Assembly (NCBI GenBank): GCA_964016885.1
Contig: CAXHJY010000614.1
Span: 8,249 to 72,248 of the forward strand
Direction: 5' to 3'
Source of the DNA: Eledone cirrhosa
Lineage: Eukaryota
DNA: 64,000 nucleotides
Below are positions 13,501 through 27,600 of this stretch, one piece after another; within the stretch, counting starts at the first letter, position 1, and the number at the start of each line of letters is the position of its first letter. Position numbers and translations under genes: made by a program. Under the pieces are notes generated by a model, which made no database searches, was not told where the DNA came from, and saw only the letters and a program-made list of their open reading frames with translations.

Positions 13501-16216
13501 ACTACTCTGAAGAAGCGGTTCACATTCCACTTTTCAAGCATTTCCTTCGGTGCCTCTGAGTGAAATGCAGTGCCATTGTTCATCAGCAGCTCATCCACAG
13601 AGCCCTGATCCATGAATATTTCATTTAGTATTCATGTAATTTCATCTGCAGTCTGTTTTTATTTCCTTCTATATTGCCATCCACCCCGGTCTGCAGTTGA
13701 CCATTGAGAGACAGGTGCCTTGTCAGTAGTGCATCACATCCACTGCCAGTTATTCCCAGTTGTGTTTCCTTGGATTGTTTCCCATCTCACAACCGGTGCG
13801 GAGTTGATAGACTGACACCTATCACGACTCCCAACCACTTTCTGCATACTCTGTCTGGAAACATCAGTCAACTTTCCTGGCTAGGAACAGGGTCCTATCC
13901 ACTCCCATATGATGATTGGTATGCAGATTCTTTAGCTCCAAGTCACTCAGCCGACACATAGCACAGCTACCCCAACTCCAAATCTTCTGACACTTCCAAT
14001 CAGGCTTTCTTCACCCTGGTTAGAACTGTATTCTTTTTTGAGGGTACAAAGACTATGTTTAGCTTCAAGCTGAACTCAGTGGTTAGCTCTCTCAGAATTA
14101 CCAAGTGGCGCTTTATTAACATCTCTGTAGCCCCTTTGTTCATACTCTCCTTCATCGGTGATTACTGATCTTATCCATCTAAGTAAAGTGGCTGAATTGG
14201 TTTAGATTTTGATGGTAGGCAGCCTTCAATCAGGGCCAGATTTACTCCATTCATCACAGTGTCCAATTTGGCCACATTCATGTAGCTGCAGTCATTATCC
14301 TTACTGAGCCAGGCTGCATCCTCCACCATGACCCCCTAAGTATCCAGCCTGACTCTACCCGCTGGCCAGAAAATATAACCACATGTCCCCTACACACAGT
14401 GCTAAAACCACAACCTGCTTCCTTAAAAGATTGTTGACAAAAGTGAGAAAGAGCCTGTGTTGCTGCAGCTGCTTTCTGCTTCCCCTTACATGACATCACC
14501 ACACCCTTCTCCTTCCAGCAAGGCCCTCCAGCTCTGTGATGTCACTGACCCTTATACTTCCAGCAAGGCCTTCCCAGCTCCACATAGACCACATGCAAAG
14601 GTTAGGACAATGTGGTGTGTGCAGTGGAAACACTGTATGACTGACAAGTCCTTGAATTATTAAGTGGTTAATTTTGTATAGAAGTCACATTGCTCAGGTG
14701 ATACATATGCAAATATATGCAGGTCTTTGAGTTCCATCATAAATGATACAAGGAGGAGTAAGTGTGTGTGTTTGTATATGAATGTATATGAGTATGTGTA
14801 TATATATAATCTAAGATGGTTAATCAGAGGATCTAACTGCACTGTTGATATAATAAAAACATTTTTATAACACAACTCGTCCCTTGGAGTGAGTGCGTTA
14901 TCAACTTAAAGGATAATTATTATGTAATTCAACTAAATTGTAAAGTGCTGGAACATATGAAATGGAGATGTATGTCCCTTGCATGTGTGAGGAGTCAGTA
15001 GTTCTGATTAAATACTGACTTAGTCTGTGATGACCCATCCAACCCATGTCTCCGTGGAAAGAATGGAGCTTAAATGATGGTGATGAAGTTGATATATATA
15101 GAGAGAGAGCAGGATTTTACCTGTTTTAAACTAAGAAGACCATTATTCAGCAGAGTACTCAATACTTGGGACAGTAGAGTGTAAATATATATCGGGGCCT
15201 GACAGCTGAGATCTTGCTGTTTCAACAGCAAATTCCAGTCTAGAATTTGCTGTCGGAATGGCAAGAGCTCAGTCATCAGGCTCTGACTCTCTAATATATA
15301 TATATCATCATCATCATCATCGTCATCATTTAACGTCCATCTTCCACACTTGCATGGGTTTGGACGGGAATTTTCCCACTTGAGGCAAGATTGGTTGTCT
15401 CGCTCGCATAGGACTGTCTGCCGGGTTTTCTACGGCTGGATGCCCTTCCTAACACCAACCACGTTTACAGTGTGGACTGGGTGGTTTTTACCGTGTTACC
15501 TACACGGCCACATTACAGCGTGGACTGTGTGTTTTTTTGTCATGACACCTACACGACCTCATTTATTTCGGACTGGATGTTGTGGTACCAACATAACTTT
15601 ACATCGAAAGGGGTGGTGTGGATGGGGTGGGGGTAGTGGGACGGGTGTGTAATTTTGTTAAGAGGTGCCTACTGACTGTAGGTTTCGCTTTGTACTTAGG
15701 CAAGGCGGGTCTTCTCTATTACTGTGTAGCGCCAAAGATCTCGGTCCAGTGACATTGTCTTGGAGAGGTGTAAGTGTGTGAGGTCTGAATTTATCAAGTC
15801 GTCCCAGGTTTTTCTGGGTCTGCCTACTCCGTGGCTACTGTCTCTGTCTCTCTCTATATATATATAGTTATGTAATAAACAACATAAGATAATTATTTCA
15901 TTTACCAGTGGTTTCTTGAAGGCAGATGTTATGTCTGTCTTCAGTCGTCAGAATGAATAAATAACATCTTAGATGTTATTTATTCATTCTGACGACTGAA
16001 GATAAGGTATGATTTTCATGGGTATGTCTCTATTTATAAAACAAACCTTGTATTTTATCTGATGAAAGCGTACCAATGTTGTATTGGTACCCTTGAAATA
16101 TATATAATAAAATAAATATGGTTTTATAAATATAGTTTCCATTTATTTAATATCATTGTATATATATATATATATATAGCATGGAAGGTGGATGTTAAAT
16201 GGCGATGATGATGATG

Positions 16217-16257
<41 letters not shown>

Positions 16258-19200
16258 CTGTATGTGTCAGTGTTTTGGGTGTGTAATGACTATTAGAATG
16301 TTTGCATAAGTTAAACGGCAACTGCTCCACCCTACTCCCACCAAACTACCTAATATATATTTCACCCTTTCCCCCACTTTCACTCTCTTCCAATTATTCT
16401 CACTCACAACCCCTTCCCCTATTTCTCTCTCCTCTTACCTCTCTCAGTACTACTCATCAAAGATCTGTCTAGAAGTTGTCAGTCTTTGAAATGTGCAGTA
16501 GGTGACCATGGACTTGTTTGTTATTAATGAGCCAGTCTTTATTAAAAGTTTTTACCTATGATTCCTTATTACCCTGTTGTTTAATTAGATATTTAAAGCT
16601 AATGATTATGTGTCAGTCACAAATACATTATTAAGATTATGTACTTGTAGATATATATGTGTGCAGGAAAAAAATGGACATGAAATGATGATGAGTATGG
16701 GATATATATGTGTGTTATATATATATATAGTTGCTGGGTGTGTAATGTCCAGTTACTGATGGTTCACCAGTTTAAGCACTCAATACTATTACATGGATTC
16801 ATCTATTGAAGTAGACCTCATCCCTGTGTCTCACCAGTTTTGCTATCTGTAACAAGCATAGTTTAATAATTGTTTCTACTTTTGGCACAGGGCCAGCAAT
16901 TACTCCAGTGCATTACTGGTACTTTATTTTATCGACCCCCGTAAGGATGAAAGGCAAAGTTAACCTCAGCAGATTTAATAATTATAATAAGTAGGTGGGA
17001 ATGATGTATCAATTTAGCATTATGCACATATTTTATTCAGCTTGTACTGGAAGGTTGTTATGTCCTTGACACAACTAAAGGGTCAAAGGGTCCTCTTAAC
17101 CTTTTTAGATATGCTTTCTACAGCGAGGTGCCCTTCCTGTCACCAATCACCCTTACGGAATGTACTGGGTGCATTTTTGTGCCACCATCACTAGAGAGGT
17201 TGTTGGTCACAGACCTAACTACAGAACTCTCTCAGCTGTGGGAGGAGGGAGAAGAGATAGGTATGGTTATAGGTGTATGTGGGAATTTGGCAGGGCAATG
17301 AGTAAAGGGTAGGGGTAGCTTATTAGTGTATGGGGAGAAGGAGATGTAGTGGTGTGAGGGATGTAGTCAATTGGTTGGGAGGCATGATGGAGTGATAGGT
17401 AGGAGGGGTAAGGGTTAAGTAATGGGTAGGGATAGTTGATTAGTGTATGCTTCTGACTGGGTCTTCAACATCACAGATTCAGCTTGAGGACTAAGTCATC
17501 AGCATATAAGAGCTTCCACAGAGTGCCAGTTTTAAACTCTTCAGTCATGGCTTAAAGGACAAGAATAAACAGGAGTGGACTGAGACCTGATTTCTGGTGG
17601 ATGCCCACCTGCACTTTAAATTCATCACTGTACTCGCTTCCAACCGCCACACAGCTGGTTGCTCCTTTTTTCATGGTCTGCATGGTCCTCACAAGCCATT
17701 CACCTACACTTAGCTTCTTAAGTGCCCACCAGATTACAGAGTGGGAGACCCTGTCAAAGGCCTTCTCCATATCCACAAATACAGTGGCTTACTCTTAGCT
17801 AAGTACCTCTACTGTAGTTGTCTCACCAGAAAGGCATCAGCAGTACTTGTCTGGCATAAATTCAAATTGCATCACATTTAACTTGATTCTGTCCCTAATT
17901 AGTTGTGCTATAAACTTTTCAGCAACTTTCATGACCTCAACTTGATACCTCTTTAGTTAATTCTCCCTAGTGCATCTCCTTTGCAATTTACAATGATACT
18001 GCTGCACCAGTCATTCCTGTACAACTTGATTAACTATGCATCTGACTAGCTCATATCCTACCGTGCCAGATGCTTTTAGCATCTCAGCATCTATACCAGA
18101 TGGTTCAGCTGTGTTCCCAACCTTCATGTCCTTAATTGCTTTATCTATCACACTGCTTTCAATTTTTATAGCTGGTCCCTCAGTTGGGTCTACATGGGGT
18201 TGTCTCTTGCTGTCCCATTTATTCTCTCTTTATTCTGCAATCTCTCATAAGAGTCCATGTTTCCTTCTTTTTAGCATCAGACGGCAAATGCTCCAATATC
18301 ATTTTGAACGCACTTTTCTCCAACCACATCACGATTTTCTCTAGCATACTGTCTCACAATTGAAACACTTCGCACCTCTGATCTTCATGACACAGAACAT
18401 GAGCAAATTTCTTCTTTTCTGCCCCTGCCAGGTGTATCTGGTACCTGGTCTCTCTTCTAGCTATTTTGTACTTTTCCCTGTCTCCCTCTTTCCTCCAGGC
18501 TTTTTGTTTTTATGGCTCTATCTACCTTATCATTCCATCACTACAACACCCAGTTAACTTATTGGCTGTCACTTTCCTTCAAATTACACTCTCAAATGAA
18601 ATAATGGAGACAGTGTAAATTGGAGCAGACACTTTTGCCATGTACAGACAAGGCAATTTTCTTTTTTTCTTTTGTGTTGGCATCACAAAAAAATGCACCC
18701 AGTACACTCTATAAAGTGGTTGGTGTTAGGAAGGGTGCCATCTAGCCATAGAAACCATACCAAGAATTGGAATATTTGAGCAAAACATGATCTTAAGATA
18801 TCTAGAAAGGCAAAATCTCCAAATAAGAGCTGCATTGAACTGTAATACTCTGTCCAACCCATGACAACATGGACAGAGGATGTAAAGTGATGATGATGAT
18901 AATGATTGTGACTCATGTTATAAATTGCAACTAGTGAAGACATGTGGCTAAATAGTTAAGGAGTTTAACTCAGGAATGTAAAATTGTGAGTTTAATTTCT
19001 GGTGGCTCATTGTATCGTTGAGCAAGACACTTTATTTCAAGTTACACCAGTTTACTCATCTGACAAAAATGAATTGTACCAGTAATTCTTATACCAGCTT
19101 TGTCTTATTCTGTGTCATGCTGAATCTCCCTAAGAATTGTGATAAAGGTACACATGTCTGAACAGGCTGTTCCATTTATCAAATAACTGGAACACTAATT

Positions 19201-22200
19201 GTCATCATAACCAATAGAGGTCCAAAACACACACACACACACACACACACACGGTTGCTGGAAGCTAGCCAAAGACATCAGACTAACAAGAATAAAAGGA
19301 AATAGATCAGTGTAAATATGATTTCAGAATGAAGTTTCTTTGGTTGTTTTGTTGTGTTTGAGTGAGTGGAAGTTTGGTTTGTTAGTGCTAGCTGTCCAGA
19401 TGTGTTGATAGCAAACTAGCTTCATTGCTATTTTTACATCTTTACAAGTGAAATATAAATATTCTCAAAACTTACCACCGTTGAAATTAACTCACAAATG
19501 ACAACACAACAGACAGACTTGTTCTAACTTGTCCTCTCCATGTGTCTTTTGAAAACATTTTACTCTGGCTACTTTAGAAAAGTCAACAGCAATTGCTGCT
19601 GCTGTTGTTCTGGTTCTGGTTTATGCCCATGTCAAATCTAACTGACCAGATCTATGATCAGACATATTGCAACTATGATCATCCTGTCTTTTCATTCCAG
19701 ACATTGTATTTTAAGTACTGCATCATCCAATGTGTCCTTCACCTTTTCAGAAAGTAGGGTGTGATTTGACTTCTACTTCCACAGGTCAAGAAACCAATAC
19801 TGATGTATCTGTTGCTTACCATACAGTAGAGAGATACTAGAAGCAATCTCACCTGTACTGTTTATCAAGGTTGCATTAAAGTTGCATGGGGCTCCTGACT
19901 GAATATTTCATTGAGTAAAATATATTATTTATGGTAGCAAAAAAATTAATTTGGGACCCTTTAAACATTGGCAACAGCCTGGTCACCCTCCCACAACTCC
20001 CCCCACTGATTTTTCACTGCTAACTGTGGTTGAGCTCTTTAACCCTTTAGCATTTAAACTGGCCGTTTTCAGCCAGATCAGCCACTCATACTGATGTTAT
20101 GGTATTGTTCTCAAAGTATAAAATATCAAAATCTCATAGATTCAATATTATGTGAGGTTAAGCCTTTACCATGAAAATACAATAGTAAGTATAGAGTAAT
20201 GAAAATGCTAAAAGGTTAAGTATTGTAAGAGTCCTAGCTACAGTCTGGTCTGTCCCCATCCCTTCTAATTTTTCTCTGCTGTCTGAGGTTGAGCTCTTTA
20301 AATATTGTGAGGCCCATGGCTAGAGCTTTGTCAGTCCCCCACCCATTATAATGCCACTGCTATCTGTGGTTGTATTACACTTTGAAAAGCCATTCTTGTC
20401 AGCCATGAGAGATGACATGCCAGGAGACCAATATAAGACATGTTCAGACATGTAATTCCATCAACATCTACCTGTGCACAGCAGTCCTATATCTTAAAAT
20501 GCTTACACATCTATTATCAGGTTGAAAACCCATTTTCAATAAATTCACAAGGGTCAAATTCCATACCACATATGTCACCAAAAAATTAGAACAAAATTAG
20601 GGCTAGAGATTCGTCTAAGAGCCCATTACAGCAAAGGTAACACATCTAATGGTGATGGTGGTAGTGTGGGTGTAGTATGGGATTGATGATGGTGTGTGTG
20701 TGTGTGGAGGGGGTGGGGGTGATGGTATTAATGGTGGTGTGGGGTGGGGTTGACAATGATGGTGATGCATGTGTGGGTGGGTGTGATAGTGGTATTAATG
20801 GTGGTGGTGGTGTCATTAGTAGTACTAATGATGAAGGCAGTGTCGTAGGTGCATTATTAATGCTAGAATTAAATACAAACATTTAATGTCAATTAAATGC
20901 TTCATTTCAAGCCAACCGAGAACAAGAGGATTAAAAAATATCACAAATAACTTACCAAAACAATTGGTATTACATATATCAACAATAATTGTTTGGTGAG
21001 GAATCAGTATAACTGATTGCCATTTGTCTCAAAGATATCCAGTTTTTTTATATTCTTTAACATGATGAGAAACTAAATATTGTAGTGAAATATGTGTGAG
21101 ATTAAGATTGTGATGGATAACATAGTACAGGTTCATAAAACATTTGCATAGACATGGCTGTACTCTGGGGTCATACTATACACAAGGATGTAATTTATTC
21201 TTATTTGTTTAGCCTCAGAAACAGGTGTGGTTTTATACTCAAGTCACTGTATACACAAAGAAATACAGTATATGTATGCACATATGTATGTGAGTGTGTG
21301 TGTGTGAATATTCTTTTTGCTTTGAAGCAAGCACGGTGATCATACAAAAGCTTTCCTCTTCACACAGCTCTTCAAATTTTCATTGAGTTGCATGTGTTGA
21401 GAAGCTTCTGAGATATGAGGGGCTGTTGCGCTGTTTTTAGAAGGAAGGATTCCCATGTCAGTTCAATAAGGATCATTCTCAAGCCTCTCAGTCCAAAGTA
21501 ATGTGTGCATAGTGCAGCGCGACTTATATCGGACAGACGGGACGCCGCCTGGCGGACCGAGTCACGGAGCACCTCCGGGATATTCGTCTCGGGGGCAGTT
21601 CCCCCATCGCCCGCCACTTTGGTGGCCCTGGACACTCCGCACGCCATCTCACAGTCTGTGGCCTACTCCAGTGTCACGGAACACCCGCCAATCGCCTTAC
21701 GGTCGAACAACGAACTATCTTCATCTTACAGACCCACACTCCCCCCGGCCTGAACTCCCCACCCTTATTCCTTTAGCCTTCGACCCCCCCCCCCCCACAC
21801 ACACTTATCCCCCACTAACACCACTAACACACCCCTCCTTTTCACCGCCCACCCCACAACTAACAATACTAACACCTCCACTCCACCCCTCATCTGACCA
21901 CCCTTCCCCAACTAACATACTAACACCCCTTCCCTCCCCTCTTCTCCCCCCCTCCTTATCACACGCACACACCCACCGGCACATATATACACGCGCTCAC
22001 ACTAAACACACACCCTACTACCACCACTAACCCTCACCCCACACCTCTCACCCCCACACCTCCATCCCACCACCCCGCAACTAACCTCACTAACACCCCC
22101 AAACCCCAAGCACATGAACACACGCACCCACTAACACCACCCACCCCACACGCAACTAACATCACTAACACCCCCCAACCCCACGCACACGTACCCACAC

Positions 22201-23619
22201 ACCCTCGTACACCACCAACTCTACACACCCTACCACCACTAACCCCCACTCACACCTGCATTCAACCCCTCCCCACCTCCCGTATACTAACACCCACTAA
22301 CACCTCTTCATCAAACTACACACACACCAGTACACCACACTCCCTCCATAGAACCACACACACCCTTCTCTCCCCGCTCCACCCACACCCTCGCTCCACA
22401 CTCACTCATCCCACTAACACCCCTACTAATACACACACACACACACACACCCTCCTCACTCCAACTTTCACACCTACCCATCCTCACCCCCTTACCATTC
22501 CACCGACTGCTGCTATGCCCTCTGACCACCTCCCAGCACTAACAGACTACAGCACTCCCACTGCTGACCACTTCCTGTTGCGCGCGCACCCCACATCTCT
22601 CCTCTTCCGACCACCGCTTCATGGATTACCCACACGCAGAAATTCACCTACAACCAATCCACTAAACATCCTTGGAACTTACCAACTTTTCAACCATCCT
22701 CTTACATAATCACCTATATAACACACACACCCCAAAAAAATTTTTTTTATCCACATGCCACCCACACCCACAACACACTTAAACCCCACACACACGTGCT
22801 TTCCACCACATATTTACACCCTCAGCCTCCTGATTCCTCTCCCCCCACCCCTCTATCCACACACGCACAGACACTCCGACCCACAAAAACCCCCACACAC
22901 ACCTCTTCCTGAACATGCAACCCCGTTCTTCCCCCAACCCTTACTTTCACATACACACACACACACACACCTACACACACACACCACCTTCAGCCCTCCC
23001 CGCTCGGACACCCCGTCTCCCTCTCCCCACTCCACCCGCCACCATACCTACACACCCCACACCCTTCCACCACCTGTCTACCCCCCTTTTAATTTCAGTT
23101 TATTTTGATCATGCCTTTATTTTTAAATTTATCTCATTCCTTGTATTTTGATCATGCTTTATTTTTATTTTTATTTTTATCTTTACTTGTTATTTTTTCA
23201 TTCGCACCGTTTCCTTTCGCTATATGTCTCTCCACCACTCCCCTACACACCCTTTGAACTCTGTTCCCACACACTTCTCACCTGAGGAAGGGCTTATGCC
23301 CGAAACGTCGTCCCCCACCTACACCCCACTCTCCAGAGCGTGAAATTAATAAACATTTGTTGTACTGCCTCTCTGTTTTGTCCCTGTTCAAATTTTTCCA
23401 TTATATATATATATATATATATATTGAAATCCATATCTCACTTCCATTTTAAATAAAATTTCATTCTGATGATTGAAGGCAGACGTCTGTGCTAGGTTCG
23501 TCTGTCTTCATGAAACCTTTGGTAAATGAAATAATTATCTTATGTTGTTTATTACATAACTAAGAAGCTTTGTAGCCTACATAGAGCACCCTCTTTTCCT
23601 TTACCTTTCCTACAGAAAT

Positions 23620-23694
<75 letters not shown>

Positions 23695-24496
23695 ATATAT
23701 ATATGTACATATATATATATACATATATATATGGTGGCTGCCAACTCGTTTTCGAGTATGGCCACTACTTTATATCCATGTAGGAGAACTCCTACCGATG
23801 CGCTGAACGAATGTGACTTTAGTCCAGCCAGCGACTTGAAAACTCTGGTACAAACACTACACTTGTGACAATTATTGACCCATAGTGCTAGGCCCATGGT
23901 ACCATGTGACGACAAGTGCAGAGAGATCTCCAGATATAAAGCAATGCCTGTGCCGTGAAGCTTTTATAGTGAGCAAAGGCACTGCACAAAGCCAGTCCCA
24001 CTCTCTTAACCAAGATGATATTTACCAAAAAGAAGAACAAGTCAACATCATTGGATACCATCAGAGTTGCAGGTGTTATATCAGAGTTTTCCTTCTCCTA
24101 GAATTCTGCCTTGACAAAGGCTAAGGGGTCATCTCTCCCGGTGATTTTGGATGGCCATTGACTCTTAAGAGCTCCTTTGCCCTTTGACAGGTTTTGTTTT
24201 TAGTCCTGCAGGATGTCCAAAGTCACCCTCCTCACCAAGAAACCTTAGTGGGGTTGCCAGTTTAGTCGCCAACAACCCGACCATGGGACAGGTTGTACTG
24301 GAATACATGTTACCAGTAGCACCAAGTGGTGACCTGACATAACATATATATATACACATATATATACATACATACATATATATACATGTTATATAGTATT
24401 TAGTATATATACACACATATATATATATATACATATATATATTATATAGTATGTAGTATATATATACACACACACATATATGTTATATAGTATTTA

Positions 24497-24545
<49 letters not shown>

Positions 24546-24556
24546 TATATACATAC

Positions 24557-24587
<31 letters not shown>

Positions 24588-24600
24588 CATACATATAAAC

Positions 24601-24649
<49 letters not shown>

Positions 24650-27600
24650 CATATATATAGATATACATACATATAAACATATACATTTATATATACATAT
24701 ATATACATACACAAACATATATATATATATATACATTCATACATACATATAAACATATATATATATACATTCATACATACATATAAACATATATATATAT
24801 ACATTCATACATACATATAAACATATATATATATATATACATTCATACATTCATATATATATATATATACATATATATATATTTAAAAGAATAGAGGTGT
24901 AACACACAAGTTATTATATATTGGTAAACGGAATAGAAAATGCTGACAAATTGTTCACAGTGAAAAATAGTTTAATTAGGAATAAGTGAGAATTAGTAAT
25001 AGTATTGGTTAGTATTCAGTTTTGGTTTTAAGTTTTACCGGTTGCGCATTTCTAATGCTTTTCAAAAATAATTTTGAGATAGAGCATCCGTGATGTTTGC
25101 TCAGATCAGAGCAAACATCACGGATGCTCTATCTATAATTGTGATGGTGATGATGATGTTGCTAATAACCATTTTTCTTTATGCAAATTTTTATCTGTTG
25201 TAGAATTACAAGAAAGCAGACAAATACAAATGTGTGATGGCGGAATATTTCAAATACCCAGAGAGTGTAAAAAGAACTATACTGTATTCTATACTAACTG
25301 TTGGATTGTGTGTATGTATGTGTGTGTATGTGTCTGTGTAGTGGAGTTGTGCATGTATGTGAGTGTGTGTATATGTGTGTATGTCTGTTTGTGTATACAT
25401 GTATGATTTGGTGGCCTCAAACACCCAGAGAGGGTAAGAAGTACCATTCAGTGTTCTATATTTTCTGATTGTCCAGTATGTCTAGTTCAGCTGTGTGTGT
25501 GTGATTGTTTGAGTGTAAGATTGTGTGAGTGTGTGTGTGAAGGTGTGTGTCTTCGTAGTTAGCATGTTCAGCTTATGATTTTAAGAACATGAGTTAGATT
25601 CCTTGTGGTGTATTGTGTCCTTGAGCAAGACACTTTATTTTATGTTGCTCCAGTCTACTCAACTGGCAAAAATGAGTTGTACCTGTAAAGTCAAAGGATC
25701 AGCCTTATCTCACACTGTGTCATACTAAATCTCCCGGAGAACTATGTTAAGGGAGCACATGTTCGTGGAATGGTCAGCCACTTGCACATCAATTTTATGA
25801 GCATGCTGCTCCATTGGTAAAAAAACAGGTGGAACACTCATTGTCAGAACTGACAGAGGTCCAACATACATGCAGACACACACATTTACATCTTGTGTAG
25901 CTTAGCTCCAAGTGTGTATGCATGTGCGTGTATGTACATGTCTGTGTGCCCACGTGTGTCTACATTTTGTCGAACAACCAAGTTACTGGATATAAATAAC
26001 ACAGACACAAATGGAAATAGACACAAGCACACTCACAATAACGGATTTTAGCAGTTTCTGTCTATCAAACTTTACTCACAAGGCATTGGTCATTCCATAG
26101 TTATATCTGTGTATCATCATCATCATTAACATAACCATTTAACGACAATTTTTCGATGCTGGCATGGCTGAAACAAGTAATCCTGTCGTGAGCAATGCTA
26201 GGTCAAGCGACCATGTCATGCTCATACAGAACTGATTTTGGCTTGGTTTCTACAGCTGGTGCCAACCTCATTTATAGTAAGTATTGGGTGCTTTTCGTTG
26301 TGATGCCTACATGACCATTTTACAGTGTGGACTGGGTGCTTTTTGCTGCGACACCCCATGACCACTTTACAGTGTGGGCTGGGTGCTTTTTGCCATGACA
26401 CCTACACGACCACTTTACAGTGTGGGCTAGGTGCTTTTTACCCCAAGTTATGGGATATAAACAACACCATCATCATATGTATGTTTTCATAGCAAGGGTT
26501 GGATGGGTGACCAAGTTAGTACTGAAGTGGGGCTACTGACCTCCCATACAGGCGAAGGTGTCTGTATCTCGCTTACATACTGTCATATTAAGTGCAGTGG
26601 AGAAGTTGTGTGTTTGACAACTGAAGGGTCCTCCCAAACTTTGTTTAGCAAGCTTTCTACAACTGGATGCCCTTCCTATCACTAACCATTTCACAGCATG
26701 TACTGGGTGTGTTTATCGTGTAGATCACCAACACTAGTCTTTGGCACAACTAAAGGGTCCTCTCAACCATTTTAAGCATGGATTTTAAAGCGGGGTACTC
26801 TTTATGTCGCCAACCACCCCTACGGAGTGTACTAGATGCATTTTCGTGGCACCGTCACTAGCGCAGTTGTTGGTCATACACCTAACTAAAGATTCCTCTC
26901 TGCTCTGACAGAGGGTGCAATAGGGGAGGGAGATAGGAATGAAGTTATAGGTGTTTGTGGGGATTTGGCAGGGCAATGAGGAAAGGGTAGGAGTGGCTGA
27001 TTAATATATGGGGATGTAGTTGTGTGGTCAATATGGTTGGGGTGGGGGTGTTATGGAGAGATAGGTAGGATGTAAGGGATGTGTATGGGGTAGGGATAGC
27101 TGGTTAGTGTATGGGGAGAGAGGATGTAGTGGTGTGGATGATGTGCTCAATAGAGCGAGGGGGTCGTGGTGGAGAGATAGGAAAGGGGGTAGTCAGGGGT
27201 AAGGGTGGTAGTGTGGGTGATCATGGGGTAGAGAGAGTAGCTACTAGGGTGCAATGATGAGGATAGATAGTGGGGAGTGCTAGTGGAAAGGAGGGGTAGT
27301 TGGTTAGTGTATAGGGAGAGGTGTGGGGAATGTGCTCGATTGAGAGGACTGGGCGTGGTGGAGTGATAGGTATGGGGGTAAAGGGTGTTAGTGGTGGGGT
27401 GAACAATTGGTGAAGAGAGTAGCTACTAGGGTGAAATATATATATATAAAATAGATATCGTTTTTTACAAAAACAATATATCATCATCATCATCATCATA
27501 TGCTTTCCCTGTTAGCAAGGGTTGGAGGGTCTACATAGACCAAGTCAGTAATGAAGTGGAGCTAATGACCTCCCAGATAGGCCAGAGAGTCTGCATCTTG

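Larger units (their letters stand above)
21501..23400 (+). mobile_element. 5'-truncated Penelope-like element: GIY-YIG C-terminus, long C-rich 3' region, hammerhead core
   Basis: GIY-YIG frame at 21504-21776, hammerhead core at 23282, AATAAA near 23350, (TA)n at 23402. Confidence 0.82.

Noticed and set aside
15273-15279. Complete hammerhead on the minus strand of the 15.2-kb hairpin (exact CTGATGA)
   Set aside because: Stem I does not close next to the core, and the heptamer is explained by decay of the inverted arm (ctgacggc).
21503-22030. 175-aa Pro-rich ORF in the track
   Set aside because: Wrong frame; the GIY-YIG homology is in the third frame (21504-21776) and the rest is C-rich low complexity.
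26930-27430. G-rich tract as a distinct regulatory element
   Set aside because: Degenerate tandem expansion of a repeat-family segment also seen at ~17240-17450; no independent evidence of function.
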